Positions 31,087 to 40,062 of a stretch of DNA of 47,754 nt are shown piece after piece. The stretch spans positions 1-47,754 of the forward strand of contig QIJH01000176.1 of assembly GCA_003232725.1 (NCBI GenBank), in the 5' to 3' direction. The number at the start of each line of letters is the position of its first letter. Position 1 is the first letter of the stretch. The translations under genes and the position numbers were made by a program. Below the pieces are notes generated by a model that saw only the letters and a program-made list of their open reading frames with translations, made no database searches and was not told where the DNA came from. This DNA comes from Chromatiaceae bacterium (lineage in GTDB: Bacteria; Pseudomonadota; Gammaproteobacteria; SZUA-140).

Positions 31087-31338
31087 ATGAATGAGACTAA
31101 TAGCGCAGCGCGTCTTCGCTGGCAATGTCGTCGCGGTATGCTTGAATTAGATCTTTTTTTGCGTGAGTTCCTGGAAAAAGGGTATGACAGGCTCACAGAT
31201 GATGAAAAATTGACGTTTGATCGGATGCTGGCAATCGGTGATCAACGATTACTTGAGCACTTAATGGGGCGCGAGCAGCCGCAAGATAAGGATATCGCCG
31301 ATGTCGTCAACAAGGTTCGAGCCATCTTTACGGATTGA
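31087..31338 (+). CDS. sdhE: Succinate dehydrogenase flavinylation factor
   Basis: RLRWQCRRGMLELD motif; start uncertain (31069-31087). Confidence 0.92.
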   Translation: MNETNSAARLRWQCRRGMLELDLFLREFLEKGYDRLTDDEKLTFDRMLAIGDQRLLEHLMGREQPQDKDIADVVNKVRAIFTD

Positions 31339-31750
31339 GCCGCAGTCTTCACCCATTCTGAAGTGGTTTTTATTCGTTAACTTTTTTGGTGCGACAGTCA
31401 TACTCATGATTGTTTTCCCCATCTTGATTTCACTGCCACTTGGTACTGTTTTGTGGTTCTATTTTTTTCAGCTTTATCAGTGCTATATTCTGCAATGTGC
31501 GCCACAATCTGTTCGCTTGCTCATACGGGAAACGACGGGTGACTGGCTGCTTTATACGGTTGGTGGTGGTGTGAAAGTAGTTACGTTATCGCCATCAAGT
31601 TACATTCATCCGCAGCTGATAATCTTAATCTTAAAGGTAGAAGGGGAGCATTATATACTGCCATTGCTGCGTGAATCACTGTCGCAGGATTGCTTTAGAG
31701 CACTCTCAGTCTGGATAAGGATGAGGGAGCGCAGTATCCATATCCAATAG
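31301..31750 (+). CDS. YgfX-like membrane protein
   Basis: Two N-terminal TMs and a C-terminal ESL...FRALSVW motif; located after sdhE. Confidence 0.65.
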   Translation: MSSTRFEPSLRIEPQSSPILKWFLFVNFFGATVILMIVFPILISLPLGTVLWFYFFQLYQCYILQCAPQSVRLLIRETTGDWLLYTVGGGVKVVTLSPSSYIHPQLIILILKVEGEHYILPLLRESLSQDCFRALSVWIRMRERSIHIQ

Positions 31751-32052
31751 CATTTTGCATCAATGCAGTGTTGTAAGCCTAACGCTTGCCTTGTTCTTTT
31801 CTTGGCGCCATCGTCGTAAATATTCATCTACAAAATGGCAGTCATATTCAGTCGAATACCTATGTGGCTGATTTCCTATACCTTATTGTTTAGCGCACTC
31901 GTATCTGTCCGCGTCATGACAGTAGGAGAGCATCAATCTACCAGATGCTTTATAGCAAGTTGATAAATAATTTTCAAATGTGAATGCTGTTGGATTGAAA
32001 ATTGCTAGTGATTAGGTCAGTACTTTCAACTGTATCAATGTAATGACCAACA

Positions 32053-33900
32053 ATGGCTGGGAATAGAATGAGCAATGCAATAAGAAAAGTAGAGCAGGAT
32101 TTACCTAGGTTAAATAAAAGAACTGCAGCAGACTTTATACTGGATTACTTATCTCAAATTGATATCGATAAAATATTTGGTGTTCCTGGTGGTGCAATTG
32201 AGCCATTATTCGATGCTATTGCTCGGTTTAATCGAAATGCCCATGATTCTATTAATATGAAAAATAGTCATGAACAGACATCACTCATTGATCTTATTGT
32301 CTCTCGACATGAAGTGGGCGCTGCCTTTATGGCAGACGGTTATGCAAGGGAGAGCGGGCGTATGGCCGTGTGCTGTGCAACGACTGGCCCGGGTTCTACT
32401 AACCTAATCACTGGGGTTGCATCTGCCTATCAAGATCAAATACCTATGCTGGTATTGACGCCACAAACTTCAATCGCCAATTTTGGCCAATACGATCTTC
32501 AAGACTCTTGCGATGATGCTATCTCGATTATATCGATGTTCTCAACGTGTACTCGCTACAATTCTATGGTGACTCATATTGGCCAACTGAAGCACAAGTT
32601 AATAAAAGCGGTTAAAGCAGCCAATACTCATCCACGTGGCCCCGTGCATTTAAGCATCCCGATGGAGATCTGGAATCATGAGATGGAAGATGAGGTTATT
32701 GTTAATAATGCGAGCCCGGTAGCAGCCAGGCATGAGGGGTATGCGCATGATGGTTATGATGAGCTATGTAAACTGGTGAACCAGGATAAAAAATCACTGT
32801 TTTTACTAGGGCCAGAGAGTCTTCCTTATGCGCAAGCGATTGTGGAATGTGCTGAACTACTGAATGCTGAAATCATTACCACTCCAACAGCAAAGGGTGC
32901 AGTTCAAGCTAATCATTATCTCTATAAAGGTGTGCTGGGTTTTGCAGGTCACACGCAAGCAACAGAGGCTTTGATGAACGATGACCTTGATAATATCATT
33001 ACAATTGGCACTAATTTGAACCCATTTGAAACAGCAGGGCTATGCAACAACAGAGCAGTGGTCGAAAAAATGGTCTATATCAACCATTTTGGATCAGATA
33101 GTCTTGTCTCAGATGCGTCCGCTTTACAGCTGTATGGCAGTATACATAAGATTTTCCACGACTTTAAAAAGGACCTGCTGGCCCAATCTGTCACTAATAA
33201 AACAACTCAAAATATGCTACCGACACAATCCAGTCATGTGCTTCAAGACATGAGGGTTACAAAGATCTATTGCGAGCGTAGTATCGCCGCCTTGACGCGA
33301 GTAGATCAGTTAGAAAAGAGTGCGGTTGTCAAACCTCAGTATTTAATGCGTAAACTACCTGAACTACTGCCACTCGCTGCTCGTTATCATGTTGATGCTG
33401 GTAATTCATGGGCCTGGGCAACGCACTATCTCCACTTGAATGCAGCTTCGAATTATAAAGTTTCGATGGGTTTTGGTTCGATGGGCTGGGCGGTGGGTGC
33501 TGCAGTGGGGGCCGCATGTGCTCAAAAAGAGGCCCCGGTGGTCTGCATTACCGGTGATGGCAGTTATTTGATGAGTGGTCAGGAGATTACCGTTGCAGTA
33601 CAACAACAGCTATCGGTTATCTTTGTTGTTTTGAATGACAGCGCATACGGCATGGTTAAGCATGGACAACGCATCGGTGGCGCAGAAGAGATCGGTTTTG
33701 AGCTGCCGCGTGTTGATTTTGTATTGATGGCTCAGGCTGTTGGCGCAAGAGGTATTTCCATTCGCAATGCACAAGAGCTGGATGAGTTGGATGTAACATC
33801 ACTGCTGAGTGAAAAGGGCCCCGTATTGCTTGATATTTATATTGATGCTGCAGAGGTACCACCGATGGCTTCACGCCTAAAAGAGCTAGGACGGAGCTAG
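32053..33900 (+). CDS. ThDP-dependent enzyme, acetolactate-synthase-like superfamily
   Basis: FGVPGG, RHE catalytic Glu, TTGPGSTN, and the GDG...LND ThDP/Mg motif. Confidence 0.88.
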   Translation: MAGNRMSNAIRKVEQDLPRLNKRTAADFILDYLSQIDIDKIFGVPGGAIEPLFDAIARFNRNAHDSINMKNSHEQTSLIDLIVSRHEVGAAFMADGYARESGRMAVCCATTGPGSTNLITGVASAYQDQIPMLVLTPQTSIANFGQYDLQDSCDDAISIISMFSTCTRYNSMVTHIGQLKHKLIKAVKAANTHPRGPVHLSIPMEIWNHEMEDEVIVNNASPVAARHEGYAHDGYDELCKLVNQDKKSLFLLGPESLPYAQAIVECAELLNAEIITTPTAKGAVQANHYLYKGVLGFAGHTQATEALMNDDLDNIITIGTNLNPFETAGLCNNRAVVEKMVYINHFGSDSLVSDASALQLYGSIHKIFHDFKKDLLAQSVTNKTTQNMLPTQSSHVLQDMRVTKIYCERSIAALTRVDQLEKSAVVKPQYLMRKLPELLPLAARYHVDAGNSWAWATHYLHLNAASNYKVSMGFGSMGWAVGAAVGAACAQKEAPVVCITGDGSYLMSGQEITVAVQQQLSVIFVVLNDSAYGMVKHGQRIGGAEEIGFELPRVDFVLMAQAVGARGISIRNAQELDELDVTSLLSEKGPVLLDIYIDAAEVPPMASRLKELGRS

Positions 33901-33929
33901 TGTGCACACATTTCCATGCATCAGTATTA

Positions 33930-34099
33930 GTAATTACTCAGCTAACCCATGAAATCCACCATTTCAGCGTTAAAAAATGATCATTTACACGTGTAAACTC
34001 ACATTTTTCGCCTTGCACCCGGGGGCATAAAGAAACTGGCAGATTTCATGGGCGATCTGAGCAGACACTGTTAATTTTGACTACTCGCTGAGTAGTTAC
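33930..34099. mobile_element. Miniature inverted-repeat element, family B (170 bp) with 8-bp target duplication
   Basis: TIRs GTAATTACTCAGC and GCTGAGTAGTTAC (12/13 match); CAGTATTA at both 33922-33929 and 34100-34107. Confidence 0.85.
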
Positions 34100-34694
34100 C
34101 AGTATTATAGTATCGTGACCCCTGTAGCATGCGTGTCAATTGAATCAGTGGCAGGCCAATGAGTGCGTTTGGATCATCGCCCTCAAAGCGTTCAAAAAGT
34201 GTAATACCAAGACCTTCCGATTTAAAGGATCCTGTACATTGATAGGGCTGTTCTCGCCGCAGGTAAGCCTCAATCATTGTCGGGCTGAGTTGACGAAACA
34301 CAACATCAAATGGCACAACCACTGTTTCGTGGGTAGAATTTTGACTGTTTAGCAGGCTTAGCCCCGTCAGAAAAGTAACGCTTTGGCCTGATACGGCGAG
34401 TAATTGGGCGGTTGCTCGCTGATGGTTTCCTGGTTTTCCAACGATTTTTCCGTCGAGTAACGCCACCTGATCTGAACCGATAATCAACGCATTGGGATGC
34501 GATTTTGCCACTTCACGAGCTTTCATTAATGATAGCCGAGCAACCAATTTTTCAGGTAATTCGCCATTTTGAGTTGTTTCATCAATATTTGGCGAAATGG
34601 TGTCAAAATCCAGTTGAAGGCGTTGTAACAACGCTTTTCTGAATGGCGAGCTCGAGGCTAAAATTATTTTGATGGTATTATTAAAACTTTTCAT
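34071..34694 (-). CDS. maf: Maf/YceF family nucleoside triphosphate pyrophosphatase, probably with an altered C-terminus
   Basis: ILASSSPFR, IIGSDQV, GKP, GSFKSEGLG and LIGLPL motifs; divergent from yceD. Confidence 0.9.
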   Translation of the reverse strand: MKSFNNTIKIILASSSPFRKALLQRLQLDFDTISPNIDETTQNGELPEKLVARLSLMKAREVAKSHPNALIIGSDQVALLDGKIVGKPGNHQRATAQLLAVSGQSVTFLTGLSLLNSQNSTHETVVVPFDVVFRQLSPTMIEAYLRREQPYQCTGSFKSEGLGITLFERFEGDDPNALIGLPLIQLTRMLQGSRYYNTGNYSASSQN

Positions 34695-34828
34695 CTATAT
34701 ATATCATTGGGTTGCAGTGAATATCTATTGCTTTAGGTGTCAAGGGTAGGTGCGCCATCTGGTGCGATGATCGAGTCTGCTTCGGAGCGCCTCAATGAGG
34801 TTAGCTTACCTGATTTTGTTAATAGTTT

Positions 34829-34857
34829 TTGACAGTTAGCGCGTCTCGCCCTAAAAT
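34829..34857 (+). promoter_or_regulatory. Sigma-70 promoter of the yceD-rpmF-fab cluster
   Basis: TTGACA-N17-TAAAAT ending 9 nt before the yceD ATG, implying a nearly leaderless mRNA. Confidence 0.75.
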
Positions 34858-34866
34858 TGCGGGTTT

Positions 34867-35406
34867 ATGTCGACCCCTTTACAAGATTATATAAAACCGC
34901 TCAGTTTCTGTGACCGTGGTGAACAGCTCAAAGGGATTATGCCGTTGACTGGAATGAGTCGTTTGGCTGATTCATTGTGCCACCAAAATGGAGAGGTCGA
35001 AATAGAGCTGGCATTTGATATTGATTTATCGGGCAACCGAATTTTGCGTGGACATCTAAAAACGAGCCTGGCGCTGGAATGCCAGCGCTGTATGAAGGCA
35101 GTCGCAACGCCGATTGAGACAGATATCTCATTGGTGTTTGTTGATTCGACAGTAGCGAATAAGCAACTTTTTAGTGAATATGATCCTTATATTCTTAATG
35201 AGCCGACGCTCGTAATACGTGAGCTGGTGGAAGATGAACTCATTTTGGCGCTGCCGATTGTGACATTTCATGCTGAGGATGAATGCGCAGTTGCTGTGCT
35301 TCAAGCTGTCGAGGAAGTTGAGGTGCTGCAACCGGTTGAAGAGAAAAAACCCAACCCATTTGGTGCGTTGGCTGGATTGAAAAAAGTGAAACCTGATGAT
35401 GAATGA
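34867..35406 (+). CDS. yceD: YceD/DUF177 ribosome-associated protein
   Basis: CQRC, EDELILALP and NPFGAL motifs; upstream of rpmF. Confidence 0.92.
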   Translation: MSTPLQDYIKPLSFCDRGEQLKGIMPLTGMSRLADSLCHQNGEVEIELAFDIDLSGNRILRGHLKTSLALECQRCMKAVATPIETDISLVFVDSTVANKQLFSEYDPYILNEPTLVIRELVEDELILALPIVTFHAEDECAVAVLQAVEEVEVLQPVEEKKPNPFGALAGLKKVKPDDE

Positions 35407-35477
35407 TCGTCAATGGTAGAAGCTATTAGTGTTTCGTCACACAGCACTTATAAAGTTGTGACAAGTTAAGTGTAAGT

Positions 35478-35620
35478 GAGATCTTTATACGAGCAGTGAT
35501 TTTGTTCTTTGGCAAGGCAAAAGCGCACGCAATGAGGGAGTTTATGACTATAAATGACCGATTGTGTACGTTTTTAACGGCCGCCAGAGGGCGGCAAAGG
35601 AACAATCGTGCAAAGATCTC
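35478..35620. mobile_element. Miniature inverted-repeat element, family A copy 3 (143 bp, diverged)
   Basis: TIRs GAGATCTTTATACGA and TCGTGCAAAGATCTC (13/15 match); flanks TAAGT and TAACT; shared core motifs. Confidence 0.78.
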
Positions 35621-35651
35621 TAACTGTTTTAGTTTTTAAGGAGTAGTTAGC

Positions 35652-35831
35652 ATGGCTGTACAAAAGAGTAAAAAATCAACTTCAAGACGTGGCATGCGTC
35701 GTTCACATGATGCACTAACAGGTAAGACCCTGTCTGTTGACGCCAATTCAGGTGAGACTCATCTGCGCCACCACGTCACGGCTGATGGTTTCTACAAAGG
35801 CAAAAAAGTCGTCGAGCGCGCAGGCGAATAG
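35652..35831 (+). CDS. rpmF: 50S ribosomal protein L32 (59 aa, Cys-free form; absent from the ORF track)
   Basis: [22 protein letters not shown]...[14 protein letters not shown]; AAGGAG SD. Confidence 0.96.
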   Translation: MAVQKSKKSTSRRGMRRSHDALTGKTLSVDANSGETHLRHHVTADGFYKGKKVVERAGE

Positions 35832-35834
35832 ACC

Positions 35835-36860
35835 TTGGGTCTAACCATTGCGCTTGATGCGATGGGAGGCGATCATGGCCCAGTCGTGATCGTTCCCGCC
35901 GCGCTTAATGCATTAAAGAAAAATAGCGACCTCAAACTGATCCTGGTTGGCGATCAGGCCCAACTGATGGCGGCGCTGCAACAGCAGGGCGGTGATGTGG
36001 GTGAACGCCTGACGATCCAGCACGCCTCTCAACAGGTAGCGATGGATGAGTCGCCAGCTCTAGCGCTGCGTGGCAAAAAAGATTCATCGATGCGTGTTGC
36101 GATTAACCTGGTGAAAAATGGTAGCGCTTCAGCTTGCGTTAGCGCAGGTAATACCGGCGCCTTGATGGCGACGGCTCGTTTTGTATTGAAGACACTGCCG
36201 GGGATTGATCGCCCAGCGATTATTTCAACCTTACCTGCGATCAAAGGGCATACCCATATGCTAGATCTGGGTGCCAATGTTGATTCAACCGCTGAACATC
36301 TATTTCAGTTTGCGCTGATGGGCTCTGTCCTCACCAGTGCCGTTGGAAATATTGAATGTCCAACGGTTGGCTTGCTCAATATTGGTTCGGAGGAGATGAA
36401 GGGCAATGAGCGGGTCAAAGAGGCGGCGCAATTATTGACAGACAGTGACAATATTAACTATGTCGGTTTTGTTGAAGGTGATGATATCTTCAAGGGTACG
36501 GTTGATATTGTTGTCTGTGATGGCTTTGTTGGTAATGTCGCACTGAAGACCTGTGAAGGGGTCGCCAAGATGTTAAGTAGCTCTCTGAAAGAGGAGTTTT
36601 TGCGTACCCCGTTGACCAAGCTTGCGGCGTTCTGTGCAAAACCGGTGCTGAATGCTTTTCGCGCTAAATATGATCCACGTAATTATAATGGTGCTAGTTT
36701 TGTCGGTCTGACTGGCATTGTGGTTAAAAGTCATGGCGGCGCGGATGAACTTTCATTTGAGACGGCAATACGTGAAGCCATTACCGAAGTGGAAAAAGAT
36801 GTGCCGCACCTGATCGGTAATCAGCTTGAGTCACTATTAACCAGAAGGCAGGTAAGCTGA
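35835..36860 (+). CDS. plsX: Phosphate acyltransferase
   Basis: [20 protein letters not shown] and KSHG motifs; TTG start. Confidence 0.96.
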   Translation: MGLTIALDAMGGDHGPVVIVPAALNALKKNSDLKLILVGDQAQLMAALQQQGGDVGERLTIQHASQQVAMDESPALALRGKKDSSMRVAINLVKNGSASACVSAGNTGALMATARFVLKTLPGIDRPAIISTLPAIKGHTHMLDLGANVDSTAEHLFQFALMGSVLTSAVGNIECPTVGLLNIGSEEMKGNERVKEAAQLLTDSDNINYVGFVEGDDIFKGTVDIVVCDGFVGNVALKTCEGVAKMLSSSLKEEFLRTPLTKLAAFCAKPVLNAFRAKYDPRNYNGASFVGLTGIVVKSHGGADELSFETAIREAITEVEKDVPHLIGNQLESLLTRRQVS

Positions 36861-37825
36861 TGAATTCACGTATCGCAGGGACGGGCGGTTATCTTCCAGA
36901 AAACGTCATGACCAATGCGGATTTGGAAAAGCTGGTTGAGACTTCGGATGAGTGGATTGAGGAACGTACCGGCATCAGGCAGCGTCATATCGCAGTGGCA
37001 GGTGAAACCACCTGCGACCTGGCCGAGAAGGCTGCGCGACAAGCCATTGAAGCGGCGGGGTTAACCGAGCAGGATATTGACCTGATTATTGTGGCAACGA
37101 CGACGCCTGATCGTATATTTCCGAGTACTGCGTGTCTGTTGCAGGCACGGCTTGATATCCATGGTTGCGCCGCCTTTGATGTGCAGGCGGTATGTACCGG
37201 TTTTGTTTATGCACTGAGCGTGGCTGAAAAATTTATTCGTACAGGTAGTGCCACGCGTGCGCTGGTGGTCGGTGCTGAAACGACTTCTCGTATTATAGAC
37301 TGGAGCGATCGTAGCACCTGTGTGTTGTTTGGTGATGGTGCGGGTGCGGTGGTACTTGAAGCGACTGACGCACCGGGTATTCTCTCAACCCATCTGCATG
37401 CTGATGGTGCTTATCGTGATCTGTTGACAGTGCCTGAAGGTGTTTCTCAGGGATTTGCAAAAATGCAGGCGGGTGAAGCCTATATCACTATGCAGGGCAA
37501 TGAAGTCTTTAAGATGGCGGTTAAAACACTCGGTCGTATCGTCGATGAGACCCTTGCCGCGAACGATATGCAAAAAAGCGATATTAACTGGCTGATTCCA
37601 CATCAGGCCAATATTCGTATTATTAAAGCGACCGCGAAGAAATTGAATATGTCGATGGAGCAGGTGGTCGTGACGGTTGATCACCATGGTAATACCTCGG
37701 CGGCCTCGATTCCGTTAGCGCTTGATGTTGCGGTGCGTGATGGCCGTATTAAACGCGGCGAAACATTATTGCTTGAAGCCTTTGGTGGTGGTTTTACCTG
37801 GGGCTCGGCACTGCTTAAGTACTAA
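36860..37825 (+). CDS. fabH: Beta-ketoacyl-ACP synthase III
   Basis: AVCTGF, PHQAN and GNTSAAS catalytic triad motifs. Confidence 0.96.
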   Translation: MNSRIAGTGGYLPENVMTNADLEKLVETSDEWIEERTGIRQRHIAVAGETTCDLAEKAARQAIEAAGLTEQDIDLIIVATTTPDRIFPSTACLLQARLDIHGCAAFDVQAVCTGFVYALSVAEKFIRTGSATRALVVGAETTSRIIDWSDRSTCVLFGDGAGAVVLEATDAPGILSTHLHADGAYRDLLTVPEGVSQGFAKMQAGEAYITMQGNEVFKMAVKTLGRIVDETLAANDMQKSDINWLIPHQANIRIIKATAKKLNMSMEQVVVTVDHHGNTSAASIPLALDVAVRDGRIKRGETLLLEAFGGGFTWGSALLKY

Positions 37826-37863
37826 TTCTTTGATTTATCTGATTTAATCCGGATTCATTTCTC

Positions 37864-38811
37864 ATGAGTAAAAAAATCGCTTTTGTCTTTCCAGGCCAGG
37901 GTTCTCAGGCCATTGGTATGTTGTCTGAGATTGCTGCTGCCGATCCGGTTATCGAGCAGACCTTCGCGCAGGCCTCTGAAGTTTTAGGGTATGACTTGTG
38001 GCAGCTGGTTCAAAATGGCCCTGACACTGAACTTAATCAGACCGATAAAACGCAACCTGCAATGCTGGCCGCAGGCGTTGCGATGTATCGCGTCTGGCAA
38101 AATAATTCAGGTATCACACCAAGCGTAATGGCGGGACATAGTTTGGGTGAATACACCGCATTAGTCTGTTCAGGTGCCATCTCATTTGCAGTTGCAATTG
38201 ATCTCGTTGAAAAGCGTGGCCGTTTTATGCAGCAGGCGGTGCCCGCTGGTGAAGGGGCAATGGCGGCGATTTTGGGGCTGGATGATGCGCAGGTGATCAA
38301 ATGCTGTGAAGAGGCGGCAGAGGGTGAAATCATCTCGGCAGTCAATTTCAATACGCCTGGGCAGGTAGTGGTCGCAGGTGCGGCTGCGGCTGTTGAGCGT
38401 ATTACTGGTATTGCTAAAGCAGCGGGTGCTAAACGCGCACTGATATTGCCAGTCAGTGTGCCGTCTCATTGCGAGCTGATGCGTCCTGTAGCAGAACAGA
38501 TGAAGCGACTGCTAGCTGCTGTGGAAATCACAGCACCTTCGATTCCTGTCATCCACAATGCTGACGTTGCAGCTCATCAATCGGCAGATGCGATACGAGA
38601 CGCGTTGCTACGACAGCTGTATAATCCCGTTCGTTGGGTTGAGAGCGTACAGCAGATCGCTGCTAGCGATATTGATACGTTAGTTGAATGCGGACCGGGT
38701 AAGGTACTCGCTGGCATGAATAAGCGTATTGACCGTAGCATGACGGCGCTACCGATCTTTAATCCTGCAAGCCTTGAAAAAGCGATTGCAACCGTAACAG
38801 CAGAAGGTTAA
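37864..38811 (+). CDS. fabD: Malonyl-CoA:ACP transacylase
   Basis: FPGQGSQ, GHSLGE and VPSH motifs. Confidence 0.96.
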   Translation: MSKKIAFVFPGQGSQAIGMLSEIAAADPVIEQTFAQASEVLGYDLWQLVQNGPDTELNQTDKTQPAMLAAGVAMYRVWQNNSGITPSVMAGHSLGEYTALVCSGAISFAVAIDLVEKRGRFMQQAVPAGEGAMAAILGLDDAQVIKCCEEAAEGEIISAVNFNTPGQVVVAGAAAAVERITGIAKAAGAKRALILPVSVPSHCELMRPVAEQMKRLLAAVEITAPSIPVIHNADVAAHQSADAIRDALLRQLYNPVRWVESVQQIAASDIDTLVECGPGKVLAGMNKRIDRSMTALPIFNPASLEKAIATVTAEG

Positions 38812-38816
38812 TAGAG

Positions 38817-39554
38817 ATGGAAAATGAAATTGTTTTAGTCACGGGTGCCTCCCGGGGGATTGGACGAGCCATTGCACTCGCACTAGGTAAAAAAGGAGCA
38901 ACTGTGATTGGCACTGCCACGTCAGAGAATGGCGCACAAAACATCGCTAAATATCTGGATGAAAACAGTGTTAAAGGCGCTGGTGAGGTGTTAAATGTCA
39001 CTGCTCAAGACTCTATTGATAGATTGCTCAAGACGGTGACCGAAAAATTTGGTGCGCCGACTATCTTGGTGAATAACGCAGGTATTACCCGCGATAATCT
39101 TTTGATACGGATGAAAGAAGATGAGTGGGATGACATCATCAATACTAATCTGAGTTCTGTTTATCGCCTGAGCAAGTCTTGCCTGCGTGCCATGATGAAG
39201 ACACGTAGTGGTAAAATCGTTAATATTGCATCTGTCGTTGCGTTGACCGGTAACCCTGGACAGTGTAACTATGCCGCTGCGAAGTCTGGCATGATCGGCT
39301 TTAGCAAAGCGCTGGCGCGTGAAGTGGCTTCTCGCGGCATTACGGTTAATTGTGTTGCGCCCGGTTTTATCGAAACAGACATGACACATGAATTGCCAGA
39401 AAAACAGAAAGAGGCGCTGCTGCAGTCGATTCCATTGAATCGATTAGGCCGTCCAGAAGAGATTGCTGGTGCGGTTGAATACTTGACTTCATCAGTAGGA
39501 AATTACATTACCGGCGAGACGATTAACGTCAATGGTGGGATGTATATGGCTTAA
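38817..39554 (+). CDS. fabG: 3-oxoacyl-ACP reductase
   Basis: TGASRGIG, NNAGITRD and YAAAK motifs. Confidence 0.96.
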   Translation: MENEIVLVTGASRGIGRAIALALGKKGATVIGTATSENGAQNIAKYLDENSVKGAGEVLNVTAQDSIDRLLKTVTEKFGAPTILVNNAGITRDNLLIRMKEDEWDDIINTNLSSVYRLSKSCLRAMMKTRSGKIVNIASVVALTGNPGQCNYAAAKSGMIGFSKALAREVASRGITVNCVAPGFIETDMTHELPEKQKEALLQSIPLNRLGRPEEIAGAVEYLTSSVGNYITGETINVNGGMYMA

Positions 39555-39712
39555 TAGATGCGCTGGCATTTATCATGAGTTAATAAAGGCGCATAGTTAG
39601 AGTGGGATTTGTGGGTTGGTGGTGATTTTTTGTAGCCAATCGCAAGGGTTTACAATAGAATACGGCCGCAGCCCCGTTTTATGGGTTTAATTTCCTGGGA
39701 GGAAAATTTGTC

Positions 39713-39932
39713 ATGAGTACTGTTGAAGAACGCGTCAGCAAAATTGTTGTTGAACAGCTAGGTCACCAGCGAAGCATCTTTTGTAGATGATCTAGGGGCC
39801 GATTCACTCGATACCGTTGAGCTGGTAATGGCGCTTGAAGAAGAATTCGAGTGTGAGATTCCTGATGATGAAGCAGAGAAGATCACCACCGTTAAGCAAG
39901 CGGTTGACTACATCAACTCTACTAATAGCTGA
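39713..39932 (+). pseudogene. acpP: Acyl carrier protein, frameshifted at 39761-39764 (apparent 17-nt loss)
   Basis: [17 protein letters not shown], then a different frame gives [28 protein letters not shown]...YINSTNS-stop. GGGAGG SD; located between fabG and fabF. Confidence 0.92.
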
Positions 39933-39949
39933 TTTAGTTGTATGCTCGG

Positions 39950-39985
39950 GGCCGTATTTCACCTTTGTGGTGGGATCGGCCTTTT
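39950..39985 (+). terminator. Intrinsic terminator after acpP
   Basis: GGCCG...CACC-TTTGT-GGTG...CGGCC followed by TTTT. Confidence 0.6.
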
Positions 39986-40062
39986 GTATTTCAGGGGCTA
40001 GAGAGAAGCCTTGTATAATAAGTCTTTAAGTAACATCGTATTAATGTTGGAGTGTAGATAGG

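Noticed and set aside
26654-31750. ygfZ-sdhCDAB-sdhE-ygfX arrangement as a novel cluster
   Set aside because: A recognised gene order in several gammaproteobacterial lineages.
31771-31918. Minus-strand fragment ...YSTEYDCHFVDEYLRRWRQEKNKASVRLTTLH as another broken small gene
   Set aside because: No recognisable family or start signal; cannot be told from chance.
31862-31963. 33-aa ORF (MWLISYTLLFSALVSV...) as an ilv-type attenuator leader
   Set aside because: No SD and no terminator/antiterminator pair; it also lies upstream of the candidate promoter.
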